Of a stretch of DNA of 64,000 nt, positions 18,324 to 27,119 are shown piece by piece. A program made the position numbers and the translations under genes. Below the pieces are notes generated by a model that saw only the letters and a program-made list of their open reading frames with translations, searched no databases and was not told where the DNA came from. The first letter of the stretch is position 1, and each line of letters opens with the position of its first letter. Origin of the DNA: Syntrophales bacterium (GTDB taxonomy: Bacteria; Desulfobacterota; Syntrophia; Syntrophales; UBA6807); the NCBI GenBank assembly GCA_040767195.1, contig JAXGPA010000003.1:64001-128000 (forward strand), read 5' to 3'.

Positions 18324-20027
18324 ATGGCTGAAACGGTCGTCCTTCTTTGCCGGTGTTTCGGTGAAATCGACGGCGTCGTCGACCTCGACGGGATTGCCGG
18401 GCGCTTGAGAGAGGAAAACCAGGACACGTCCGTGTACCTGCTCGATTCCCTTTGCCAGGAAGACGACGGGCCCAAGATCGAAACGCTCTTCAGGGAGGAA
18501 AAAGCCCGGAAGGTCATCACCGCCCTTTGCGCCGGCGACCGGGGACACCATTCCCGCCGGAACGCCCTGCGAAATGCCGGTGTCGGGCCATCGGGGCATG
18601 CGACGGTGGACCTCCGGGAAGGGTGCGCCTGGATTCACCGAAGCGACCCCGCCGGTGCGACGGAAAAGGCCCTGGATCTTGTTTCCATGGCCCTGGCCGC
18701 CCTGGCGGAGAAAGAAACCTCCCGGGATGTCACCACGGCCGTTCATCCCCGCTGCGCCATTCTCGGCGCCGGCCCGGCGGGGCTGGCGGCGGCGGCGGCC
18801 CTGGCCGGTCAGGGCATTCCCGTTCATCTCATCGACCGGGCCGACCGGCCCGGCGGAATGCTGAACCTGATTTCCAAAATATACCCGGAAGACGACGATG
18901 CAAAAAGCCGGATCGACCCCTTTGTCCGGGAAATGGAAGTGAACGAACGCATCACCTTTCATCCCCGTTCCCGGGTGACCGCGGTGACGGGATTCGCCGG
19001 AAATTTCAAGATCACCGCGGAGGGACCGGACGGGCCTTTCCGTTTTCGGGCCGGCGCCGTCATCATCGCCACCGGCGCCGGTGTTTTCCTGCCCCGGGGC
19101 CTTTACCGGTACGGGGAACTCAAAGAGGTGATCACGCAGATCGAACTGGAACGGCAGTGGATCAAGGGGACGCCGGAAAAGAAACGGTTTGCCTTTATCC
19201 AGTGCGTCGGGGCCCGCTCTCCTGAAAGGCCTTACTGTTCCACGATCTGCTGCCCCTCAAGTCTGAAAAACGCCGTGCGGGTCGTGGCGGAAATTCCAGG
19301 CGGCGAGGCGACGGTCTTCCACCGGGACATCATGACACCGGGAAGCGTCCTGGAGGAATATTACCGCCGGTCCATGGAAAAAGGAGTCCGTTACGTCCGG
19401 TTCCAGGAAGACGGCCCCCCGGAAATCCTCGGGGAAAAGGGTGTCGAGGCGGTCCGGGTCCGGGATGCCGGAAGCGGAAAAGAGCAGGTCCTTCCGGTGG
19501 AGACGGTCGTTCTGAGCACGCCCCTCGTCCCGAACAGGGACAATGGCGCCCTGTCCGCCCTTTTCCAGGTAGGGCTGGACAGCCATGGTTTCTTTTCCGA
19601 GACGTATCCCCTCCATCCCCTGGAAACCCGCCTGGATGGTATCTTCATTGCTGGTTCCGCCCGCTGGCCCGTGTCGTCGGAGAAGGCCGTGGAGCAGGGG
19701 CAGGGGGCCGCCATGAAAGCCCTGGCCCTCCTGAGACGGGACCGCATTTCCGCCCTGTCTCTCAGCCGTACGCCGGAAGAAAAGCCGGGCCACGGAACCG
19801 TGGCGGAATACGCCTGCACGGGCTGCGGCAACTGCGTGGCCGTGTGCCCCTTCGAAGCCTGTGCTCTCCAGGAAAGGGACGGCGGCCGATTCGTGAGCCG
19901 GGTGAACAAGATGCGCTGCAAGGCCTGCGGAAGCTGCGTGTCCGTGTGCCCCAACGGGACCATGCAGATACCGGAGCACAATTACCGCGTGACGGCCGCC
20001 ATGATCCGCCGGTCTTTTTCGTCGTGA
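18324..20027 (+). CDS. HdrA/QmoB-like FAD/FeS protein
   Basis: LCRCFGEI...LC...LREGCAWIH N-domain, GAGPAG, FIQCVGAR..YCSTICC, C-terminal 2x[4Fe-4S]. Confidence 0.9.
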   Translation: MAETVVLLCRCFGEIDGVVDLDGIAGRLREENQDTSVYLLDSLCQEDDGPKIETLFREEKARKVITALCAGDRGHHSRRNALRNAGVGPSGHATVDLREGCAWIHRSDPAGATEKALDLVSMALAALAEKETSRDVTTAVHPRCAILGAGPAGLAAAAALAGQGIPVHLIDRADRPGGMLNLISKIYPEDDDAKSRIDPFVREMEVNERITFHPRSRVTAVTGFAGNFKITAEGPDGPFRFRAGAVIIATGAGVFLPRGLYRYGELKEVITQIELERQWIKGTPEKKRFAFIQCVGARSPERPYCSTICCPSSLKNAVRVVAEIPGGEATVFHRDIMTPGSVLEEYYRRSMEKGVRYVRFQEDGPPEILGEKGVEAVRVRDAGSGKEQVLPVETVVLSTPLVPNRDNGALSALFQVGLDSHGFFSETYPLHPLETRLDGIFIAGSARWPVSSEKAVEQGQGAAMKALALLRRDRISALSLSRTPEEKPGHGTVAEYACTGCGNCVAVCPFEACALQERDGGRFVSRVNKMRCKACGSCVSVCPNGTMQIPEHNYRVTAAMIRRSFSS

Positions 20028-20052
20028 AAGGCCGGGGCGGCGAGGAAAAGCC

Positions 20053-20553
20053 ATGGACGCCGAAAAGAATAAACAGGGATTGAAAGGGGGGGAGGAAAGA
20101 GGGAAGGCGGGAGCGCCATCCCCGAAGATCCTCGTTTTCGCCTGCCGCTGGTGCGGCGGGATCGGCGCCGGCCGGGCGGGCTGGAAACGCCTGGACCTTC
20201 CCATCTCCTTTCGGGTCATCCCGGTGGAGTGCGCCGCCCTGGTGGAACCGGACGCCATTTTCAGGGCCCTGGCGTCAGGCATCGACGGGGTGGCCGTCCT
20301 GGGCTGTCACATCGGGGGGTGCCGCTACAACGAGGCCAATCATGCCGCCCTGAAGCGGCTGGAACTGGTCAAGGTCCTTCTCGACACGGTGGGAATCGGG
20401 GGGCGGCGGCTTCTCCTCGCTTTCGGGACCGCCCACGAGGATCACCAGTTCGCCGAGGTGATCCGGAATTTTCATGAATCCATCGGTAAGGAGCCCTCTC
20501 TGGGACCCTGGCTCGGGGCAGGTGAAGATGTTTTCCTGCGGCGGGAGGAATGA
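20053..20553 (+). CDS. mvhD: MvhD/FlpD-like [2Fe-2S] subunit
   Basis: ILVFACRWC, IPVECAALV, GIDGVAVLGCHIGGCRY. Confidence 0.88.
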   Translation: MDAEKNKQGLKGGEERGKAGAPSPKILVFACRWCGGIGAGRAGWKRLDLPISFRVIPVECAALVEPDAIFRALASGIDGVAVLGCHIGGCRYNEANHAALKRLELVKVLLDTVGIGGRRLLLAFGTAHEDHQFAEVIRNFHESIGKEPSLGPWLGAGEDVFLRREE

Positions 20554-21398
20554 TGGAAGAAATCCGGAAAAAGGCCCGGGAACTTCTCGAAAAAAATGAC
20601 GCCGACGGTGTTCTCGCCCTGCGGCAGGGGGAAGAGGCCGCCGTGAAGCCCTATCTCTTCCGGGAACTCGGCGAAATCGACCATCTCGTCACCGAGCCCA
20701 AGTGGCCCCTGGCCAAGACGGCCATGAGGATCCTCCAGTCCTCTCCCCGGGATTTCCGTCTTGCCGTGGTCGTCCGGGGCTGTGACGACAGGGCCCTGGT
20801 GGAACTGGCCAAGAGAAACCAGGTCATGGAAGAGAACATCCGGTTCATCGGCCTGGCCTGCACGGAAGAACAGGCGGGAAGATGCTTGTGTGAAAGACCC
20901 TACCCCCGGACGATTCACGGGGGAAAGCCCCAGCCGGGCGTTCACTTCCTCCAGGACGAGCGGGTTTTCAGCCTCCTCGAGGGCGACCCCGCGGAAAGAA
21001 TGGAACGGTGGGCGGCCATTCTCAGGCGCTGCATCAAGTGCTACGGGTGCCGGAACGCTTGCCCGATCTGCGTGTGCGTCCCCTGCAAACTCGAGGACGA
21101 CGTGTGGGTGGAGAAAGGTTCCATCCCCGCGGAGATGCTCGTTTTTCACCTCATCCGGGCTTTCCACCTGTCCGACGCCTGTGTTGCCTGCGGGGCCTGC
21201 CAGGAGGCCTGTCCCGTTTCCATCCCCGTCATGGCCCTCCAGTTCGCCATGCGCCAGGCCCTGAAGGACCGCTTTGGGTACGAGCCGGGGCTCGACGGTG
21301 CCCGAAAGTCGCCCGTCCTGAAAAACTTCCTGGAGGAACCGGAGGCGGGGCAGGACTATCCCGCCTGGATCACCCACGGGGGCACGGGACATGAGTGA
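20550..21398 (+). CDS. FdhB/FrhB-like iron-sulfur subunit
   Basis: VVRGCDDRALVELAKRNQ, RCIKCYGCRNACPICVC..C, CVACGACQEACP. Confidence 0.85.
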   Translation: MMEEIRKKARELLEKNDADGVLALRQGEEAAVKPYLFRELGEIDHLVTEPKWPLAKTAMRILQSSPRDFRLAVVVRGCDDRALVELAKRNQVMEENIRFIGLACTEEQAGRCLCERPYPRTIHGGKPQPGVHFLQDERVFSLLEGDPAERMERWAAILRRCIKCYGCRNACPICVCVPCKLEDDVWVEKGSIPAEMLVFHLIRAFHLSDACVACGACQEACPVSIPVMALQFAMRQALKDRFGYEPGLDGARKSPVLKNFLEEPEAGQDYPAWITHGGTGHE

Positions 21399-23427
21399 TT
21401 CCTTCGTCAGGACCATCTGTCCCTACTGTGGAACGGGGTGCGGCCTGATCCTCAGGGTCCTCGACGGGGCGGTCGTCGAGTGCCTTCCCGACCGGGATCA
21501 CCCCGTGAGCCGGGGGCATCTCTGTGTCAAGGGGTGGTACGCCCACGAGTTCATTCATCACCCCGAGAGGCTGACGACGCCCCTCGTCCGGGAAGGTGAC
21601 CGGTTCCGGCCCGTCTCCTGGAAAGAGGCCGTCTCCCTGGCGGCGGAGAGGTTCAGGGCAACGGCGGAGAAATACGGGGGAAATGCTATCGGGGGGCTGT
21701 CCTCGGCGAAGTGCACGAACGAGGAGAACTACCTCTTTCAGAAGCTGATCCGTGCCGCCTTCGGGACAAACAACGTGGACCACTGCGCCCGGCTCTGCCA
21801 CGCCCCCACGACGGTGGCCATGGCCCGGTCCCTCGGGAGCGGGGCCATGACCAATTCCATCGCGCACCTTTCCCGCGCCGGGTGCATCCTGATGATCGGA
21901 TCCAACGCCGCGGAAAGCCACCCCATCATCATGGGGGAAATCTACCGGGCCGTCGATGGCGGGGCCACCCTCATCGTCGTCGATCCCCGGAAAACGGCGG
22001 CGGCGGAAAACGCCCATATCCACCTGGCCATCCGGCCGGGCACGGACATTCCTCTCGTCTGCGGCATGATGAGGCACATCATCGATTCAGGACTTCACAA
22101 CGGGTCCTTCATTGGCGAGAGAATGGAGGGGTTCGAGGAACTCAGGGCCTTTCTTTCCGACTGGACGGTGGAACGGGCGGCCCGGGAATCGGGTATACCC
22201 GAGGCGGACCTGCGCGAGGCCGCCGAGCTTTTTGCCCGGGCGCGGGAAGGGGCGGTGGTCTACTGCATGGGCATCACCCAGCACGCCTGCGGCACCGCCA
22301 ACGTCTTCGCCCTTTGCGATCTCGCCATGCTGTGCGGCCACGTGGGCCGGGAAGGTTCGGGCATCTATCCTCTCCGGGGACAGAACAACGTTCAGGGGGC
22401 CTGCGACATGGGGGCGCTGCCCAACGTCTACCCGGGATACCAGGCGGTCAGTGATCCCGCCGTCCGGGACACGTTCCGGAAGGCCTGGGGAAGGGATCTG
22501 TCCGACCGGCCGGGGCTCACGGTCACGGAAATGATCGGTGCCGCAGGAGAGGACATCCGGGCCCTCTTCATCATGGCGGAGAACCCCGCTCTCAGCGACC
22601 CCGACGTGAATCACGTGCTGGAGTGCCTCCCGGCCCTGGATTTTCTCGTCGTCCAGGACATCTTCCTCACCGAGACCGCCCGGCTCGCCCACCTCGTCCT
22701 GCCCGGGGCCTGTTATGCCGAAAAAACGGGAACTTTCACGAATACGGAGCGGCGCTTTCAGCTGCTTCGAAAAGCCGTGGAGCCGCCCGGGGACGCCGAG
22801 GACGATTTTTCCATTCTCTGCCGTCTCGGCCGGGCCCTGGGGCTCGATTTTCCCTATCGAAACCCTGGTGAGGTCATGGAGGAAATCGCCGCCATGGCGC
22901 CGGCTTACGGGGGGATCCGCTACGGCCGTCTCGAAAAGGAGGGGATTCAGTGGCCCTGCCCGAACATCGAGCACCCGGGAACGGCCTTCCTGCACAAGGA
23001 CCGATTCACCCGGGGAAAAGGCCTTTTCGTGGTACCGGACCACGTACCGCCCCGGGAATCCCCCGACGGAGACTATCCCTTCTGGCTCAGCACGGGCAGG
23101 ATGTTTGCCCACTACCACACGGGAACCATGACCCGCCGGTCAGCATTTCTGAACCGCGAACAGGAAGAGCCTTACGTGGAAATTCACCCGGAAGACGCCC
23201 GAGAGCTTGCTCTCGAAGATGGAGACCCCGTTCGGATCACCTCCCGCCGGGGCAGCATCGTCACGACGGCGCGGGTGACCAGGCGTGTCGCCCGGGGGGC
23301 CCTCTTTGCCCCGTTTCATTTCACGGAGGCCCGGGCCAACCGGCTGACCAACCCTGTCCTGGACCCGCTGTCGAAAATTCCCGAATTCAAGGCCTGCGCC
23401 GCCAGGGTGGAGAAGATCAAGGCATGA
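21391..23427 (+). CDS. fdhA: Cytoplasmic formate dehydrogenase alpha subunit (FdhF-type, Cys ligand)
   Basis: CPYCGTGC...LCVKG, NNVDHCARLCHAP, LRGQNNVQGACDMG, HYHTGTMTRR; no Tat signal. Confidence 0.95.
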   Translation: MSDSFVRTICPYCGTGCGLILRVLDGAVVECLPDRDHPVSRGHLCVKGWYAHEFIHHPERLTTPLVREGDRFRPVSWKEAVSLAAERFRATAEKYGGNAIGGLSSAKCTNEENYLFQKLIRAAFGTNNVDHCARLCHAPTTVAMARSLGSGAMTNSIAHLSRAGCILMIGSNAAESHPIIMGEIYRAVDGGATLIVVDPRKTAAAENAHIHLAIRPGTDIPLVCGMMRHIIDSGLHNGSFIGERMEGFEELRAFLSDWTVERAARESGIPEADLREAAELFARAREGAVVYCMGITQHACGTANVFALCDLAMLCGHVGREGSGIYPLRGQNNVQGACDMGALPNVYPGYQAVSDPAVRDTFRKAWGRDLSDRPGLTVTEMIGAAGEDIRALFIMAENPALSDPDVNHVLECLPALDFLVVQDIFLTETARLAHLVLPGACYAEKTGTFTNTERRFQLLRKAVEPPGDAEDDFSILCRLGRALGLDFPYRNPGEVMEEIAAMAPAYGGIRYGRLEKEGIQWPCPNIEHPGTAFLHKDRFTRGKGLFVVPDHVPPRESPDGDYPFWLSTGRMFAHYHTGTMTRRSAFLNREQEEPYVEIHPEDARELALEDGDPVRITSRRGSIVTTARVTRRVARGALFAPFHFTEARANRLTNPVLDPLSKIPEFKACAARVEKIKA

Positions 23428-23888
23428 AGAGAGAGGACGACAGGCTCGCCCGGGTCAGGAAATATTCCAAGGCATACGCCTGTGTCGAGTGCGGGCGGTG
23501 CGTCGCCGTGTGCCCCATGGCGGAGATGTACGCCGACTTTTCCATCGAAATGTCCCCCCGGGGCATCATTCGGAAGGCCCTTCGAGACGGCGGGGGTGTC
23601 CTTACCGACGAAAACATCTGGTACTGCACGGAGTGCAATGCCGGAACGGACGTCTGTCCCCAGGGCGTGAGCTGCCGGGACCTCATCCGGGGACTCCGGG
23701 AACTCGTCCTGGAGAGGCATCCCGCGGAAAAGGTGTCTTATTGCCGGGATTGTGGAAACCCCTTTCTCGCCCTACCGGTGGAACGCTTCGTCATGGGGAG
23801 ACTGGAACAGGAACCGCCCAATGTCCGGGCCCTTCTGGAAAGGTGTCCCGCCTGCAGGCGGCTCACCTATGCCCGGCGAAACGCCTGA
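23424..23888 (+). CDS. HdrC-like 4Fe-4S protein
   Basis: CVECGRCVAVCP, SPRGII, IWYCTECNAGTDVCPQGV, C-terminal CRDC/CPAC; ATG overlaps the fdhA TGA. Confidence 0.82.
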   Translation: MKREDDRLARVRKYSKAYACVECGRCVAVCPMAEMYADFSIEMSPRGIIRKALRDGGGVLTDENIWYCTECNAGTDVCPQGVSCRDLIRGLRELVLERHPAEKVSYCRDCGNPFLALPVERFVMGRLEQEPPNVRALLERCPACRRLTYARRNA

Positions 23889-23919
23889 CCCCCGCCCGGC
23901 GGGGCTGAAACGACGGAAC

Positions 23920-25239
23920 ATGGAAACCAAAAAGGCAAAAACGGACCACGATTCCCCATCCCCTTTTCTGAACCTGGAGGATCTCCGTCCCAGGCTGGTG
24001 CCCCGGGAAAGATTCACCGACCGGTTCATGCCCCGGCGCAGCGGGCAGCTTCTTTTCGACCCGTCCCGGTGCACCGGGTGCGGTACCTGCGAGATGGTCT
24101 GCGGAAGCCGGAACGTGTCCCTCGTGGCCCCGGCCTCGGCCAGCGTGAGGGTTTTCAGGGATGAGGGGCGGGGGAAGAATTTCGCCCTCTATTGCCAGCA
24201 CTGCCGCCGGCCCCTTTGCCTGGAGGCGTGCCCGACACGGGCCATCACCAGGGGGGAGGACGGTATCGTTCGTATCGACAGGGTTTTCTGCGTCGCCTGC
24301 GGCCTGTGCACCATGGCCTGTCCCGAGGCGGCGCCGCTGCGGGACCATCGGACGAAAGAGATCCACAAGTGCGATCTCTGTGAAGGGGACCCCCTGTGCG
24401 CCCGTCACTGCCCCGAGGGGGCCCTTTCCTTTACCCGGGGCAAGGCTTTCCGCTGGATCAAGGGACTCCGGTGGACCGTCCAGGCTCTTTTTTTCCTGCT
24501 CCTCGTTTTCATCCTCATCGGCACGTTCTGTTCCTTCCAGGCGGGGGTCGTGAGCCTTTCCTGTCCCACCGGGATTCTTCAGAACATCGCCTCCACGAAA
24601 ACCATCGTCCTCACCGGAATCGCCACCGCCCTGGCTCTGCTCCTCCTGACGGTTATCGCCGGCAGGCTTTTCTGCGGCTGGATCTGCCCCTTCGGGTTCG
24701 TTCTCGACCTGGTCGGCAAAGTTGTTCCAAAGAAAATCAGCCCGCCCCGCTGGCTGGCCAACAGGCTGAACAAGTACGGTCTTCTCGCCGGCGCCGTGGG
24801 TGGAAGTTTCGCCCTCGGTTACCAGGCCTTCTGCACCGTCTGTCCTATCGGGACGCTGTGCCGCTCTTACGGCGTTCAGGGGTTTTTCCGGGGGGCTGAA
24901 CTGGCCATCGTTCCCGCCCTGGCGGCCCTGGAGGTCACGGAAAGGCGCTCCTGGTGCCGCTATTTCTGCCCCGTGGGGGCCCTTCTCGCCCTGGTGGCAT
25001 CGCTCGGGCTCATCAAGATCGTCATCGGCGCAAAAAAATGCAAGAAATTTTCCTGCGTCCAGTGCGCCGAAGTCTGCCCAGTCGGGATTATCGACGGAAA
25101 CCTGCTCCGGGAAGGGGTCTCCCCGAAGATTCCCATGACCGAGTGCATCTCCTGCTTCCGGTGCATCGACCGCTGTCCTTACGGGGCGGCGAAAATCCGG
25201 TTCCGCTGGCAGAAGGGCGTTCCCGGCGAGGAGGCGTGA
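23920..25239 (+). CDS. Fusion of an AorA/DmsB-type 4x[4Fe-4S] domain and a NapH/MauN-type membrane polyferredoxin
   Basis: Four N-terminal cluster motifs, then TM helices with CPTG, FCGWICPFG, FCTVCPIG, WCRYFCPVG and two C-terminal clusters. Confidence 0.85.
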   Translation: METKKAKTDHDSPSPFLNLEDLRPRLVPRERFTDRFMPRRSGQLLFDPSRCTGCGTCEMVCGSRNVSLVAPASASVRVFRDEGRGKNFALYCQHCRRPLCLEACPTRAITRGEDGIVRIDRVFCVACGLCTMACPEAAPLRDHRTKEIHKCDLCEGDPLCARHCPEGALSFTRGKAFRWIKGLRWTVQALFFLLLVFILIGTFCSFQAGVVSLSCPTGILQNIASTKTIVLTGIATALALLLLTVIAGRLFCGWICPFGFVLDLVGKVVPKKISPPRWLANRLNKYGLLAGAVGGSFALGYQAFCTVCPIGTLCRSYGVQGFFRGAELAIVPALAALEVTERRSWCRYFCPVGALLALVASLGLIKIVIGAKKCKKFSCVQCAEVCPVGIIDGNLLREGVSPKIPMTECISCFRCIDRCPYGAAKIRFRWQKGVPGEEA

Positions 25240-26561
25240 TGAGCCCCTACAAATGCTATTACAACCACAACGTCGGTCTGGTTGACCTCACGGAAAAGAC
25301 CTTCCGCGTCCTCCCCCTGCCGCCGGAGGGCGTCCGGGAGCACCTGGGCGGGGCTCCCCTGAACGCCTATCTTCTTGGCCTGTATGAAGGGAAGGACCCT
25401 CTCGTCCTGGGGACGGGACCGCTCACGGGCAGTTTCGCTCCCGCGTCGTGCCTTCTCGTGGCGACTTTCCGGCCCCCGGGGTCCTCGAGGCCGGCCCACG
25501 TTCCCCTGACCCTTCGAACGGGTCCGGAAATGAAGTTCAGCGGACTCGACTTTCTCGTCATTCACGGCCGTTCTTCCTCGCCGGTTGTACTGAAAATCAA
25601 GAACGGGGAAGGAACCTTCGCCGGCGGGGAGGGGATTCACGGTAAAAATCTCACCGAAGCCCAGGCGTCGCTTCATCGGTTCGGGGAGTTTCGCGCCGTT
25701 CTTCTGGCAGGCCGGGCGGGGGCGCTCCAGGTACCCCGGGCCACTGCCCAGGTCGGACAGGCCGGCAGTTTCGACAAGGCGGGGCTGGCCCTCTGGATGG
25801 GCCGAAAAAACCTGGAGGGGATCCTTTTTCAGGGAGCCGGGGGGCTTTTCTTTGCCGGTGACCACGCCGGCCTTTCCCTGGAACTGGGAAAAAGAATCCG
25901 GTTGAAGGAAGGAAAGCCGGAAGGCTTCCGAAGCCTTCTCAAAAAAACAGGTGGAAATATCCTGGCGGGTGACCTTTTCCGAGGGACGGACGAAAAGATC
26001 ATGGCGTGCTACCACTGCCTGTATCCCTGCATGACCCGGCTGTCCTTTTCCAACAGGCGTTTCGTTTCGGGCCGGGATAAAGTGCGGCGGGAATCGGTGT
26101 GGCTGGCCGACTCCGTGGGCTTTACATCGCTGGTCGAAAAAAGACCGGCCGACGTCCTGCCCCTTTTAAAAGCCTGCCGGGAATTCGGTCTCGATCCACA
26201 GGCCGTGGTTCCCGTCCTCAACAGAGAAGACCCTTACAGCGACACCCTGGTCCGCCTGGAGTCCCTCCTTCTCGAGAATAACGGGAAAGAGCCGCCGGTG
26301 CAGGGGGAGGTGGCTTCTTTCGCGAGCGGGATGCCGTCCCCGGACGTCCCCGGCGGGGAGGAGGAAACCGCCTCGACGAAAAAGAAGATGGCCATGGCCA
26401 TGATCCTGGGCATCTGCCCCCTTTTCCTCTTCCTCGTACCCTGCCTGGACGTGCCTGATTACCTGAATTTTCTCCCGAGAGAAAAGGGAGCCTCGGCCTT
26501 CTACAGGGAAAAAGTCGAAGAACTCTCGGAGAGGCTCATCGGGGAATATCCCGTCCCCTGA
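25239..26561 (+). CDS. Degenerate AOR-family paralogue (~440 aa)
   Basis: VDLTEK, HLGG, LGTGPLTG, GPEMKFSGLD, MGRKNL, CYHCLYPC, FGLD, GICP; no EYET or DPRG. Confidence 0.8.
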   Translation: MSPYKCYYNHNVGLVDLTEKTFRVLPLPPEGVREHLGGAPLNAYLLGLYEGKDPLVLGTGPLTGSFAPASCLLVATFRPPGSSRPAHVPLTLRTGPEMKFSGLDFLVIHGRSSSPVVLKIKNGEGTFAGGEGIHGKNLTEAQASLHRFGEFRAVLLAGRAGALQVPRATAQVGQAGSFDKAGLALWMGRKNLEGILFQGAGGLFFAGDHAGLSLELGKRIRLKEGKPEGFRSLLKKTGGNILAGDLFRGTDEKIMACYHCLYPCMTRLSFSNRRFVSGRDKVRRESVWLADSVGFTSLVEKRPADVLPLLKACREFGLDPQAVVPVLNREDPYSDTLVRLESLLLENNGKEPPVQGEVASFASGMPSPDVPGGEEETASTKKKMAMAMILGICPLFLFLVPCLDVPDYLNFLPREKGASAFYREKVEELSERLIGEYPVP

Positions 26562-27099
26562 TCAATATCCGTATGTGTTTTTTCAATTCCTCCCCCGTGA
26601 CGATGCCCGTGATTTTTTCCTCCAGGCGGCCGTTTTTGAAAAATAGAAAGGCTGGTGTCTTTTCGACACCGTAACGCTTCGCCACAGCGGGATTTTTTTC
26701 CAATTCCATCTTCACCATTTTAACCCCTCCGGCGTAGGCCGGCGCGATCCTGTCGAAGATGGGGACGAGGACCCGGCAGGTGACGCACCAGGGCGCCCAG
26801 AGGCACACCAGGGCGGGGCCGGGAAAATCGAGGATCTCGTTCTGAAAGGAAGCCTCCGCCAGTTCCGTGCTCGTTCCCTGGCAAAGAGGCGTGCCGCAGC
26901 GCCCGCATTTCGGCCGGTCCTCGAGGCGGTCTTCCGAAACGAGATTGCGGGTTCCGCAGTTGAGGCACCGGATGATGAGTTCGTCCAGGGAGGCCCCGCA
27001 TTTTCCGCAAAGGGGCCTGAACCCCACGGCCGAACCGGGAATCCGGTTTTTCTGTCCGCATCGGAGACACCGTATGACAAGATCGTCGGAAACGTTCAT
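26536..27099 (-). CDS. Thioredoxin with tandem N-terminal zinc-finger domains (TrxC-like)
   Basis: Two IRCxxCGxxN...CGxCG repeats, then WAPWCVTC. Confidence 0.88.
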   Translation of the reverse strand: MNVSDDLVIRCLRCGQKNRIPGSAVGFRPLCGKCGASLDELIIRCLNCGTRNLVSEDRLEDRPKCGRCGTPLCQGTSTELAEASFQNEILDFPGPALVCLWAPWCVTCRVLVPIFDRIAPAYAGGVKMVKMELEKNPAVAKRYGVEKTPAFLFFKNGRLEEKITGIVTGEELKKHIRILIRGRDIPR

Positions 27100-27119
27100 G
27101 ATATCGGGGTGACGAAACG

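Noticed and set aside
13756..23888. Calling the operon a class II benzoyl-CoA reductase (Bam)
   Set aside because: It has a Tat-exported FeS partner, no BamD/CCG or NuoEF-like subunits, and no aromatic-degradation genes nearby
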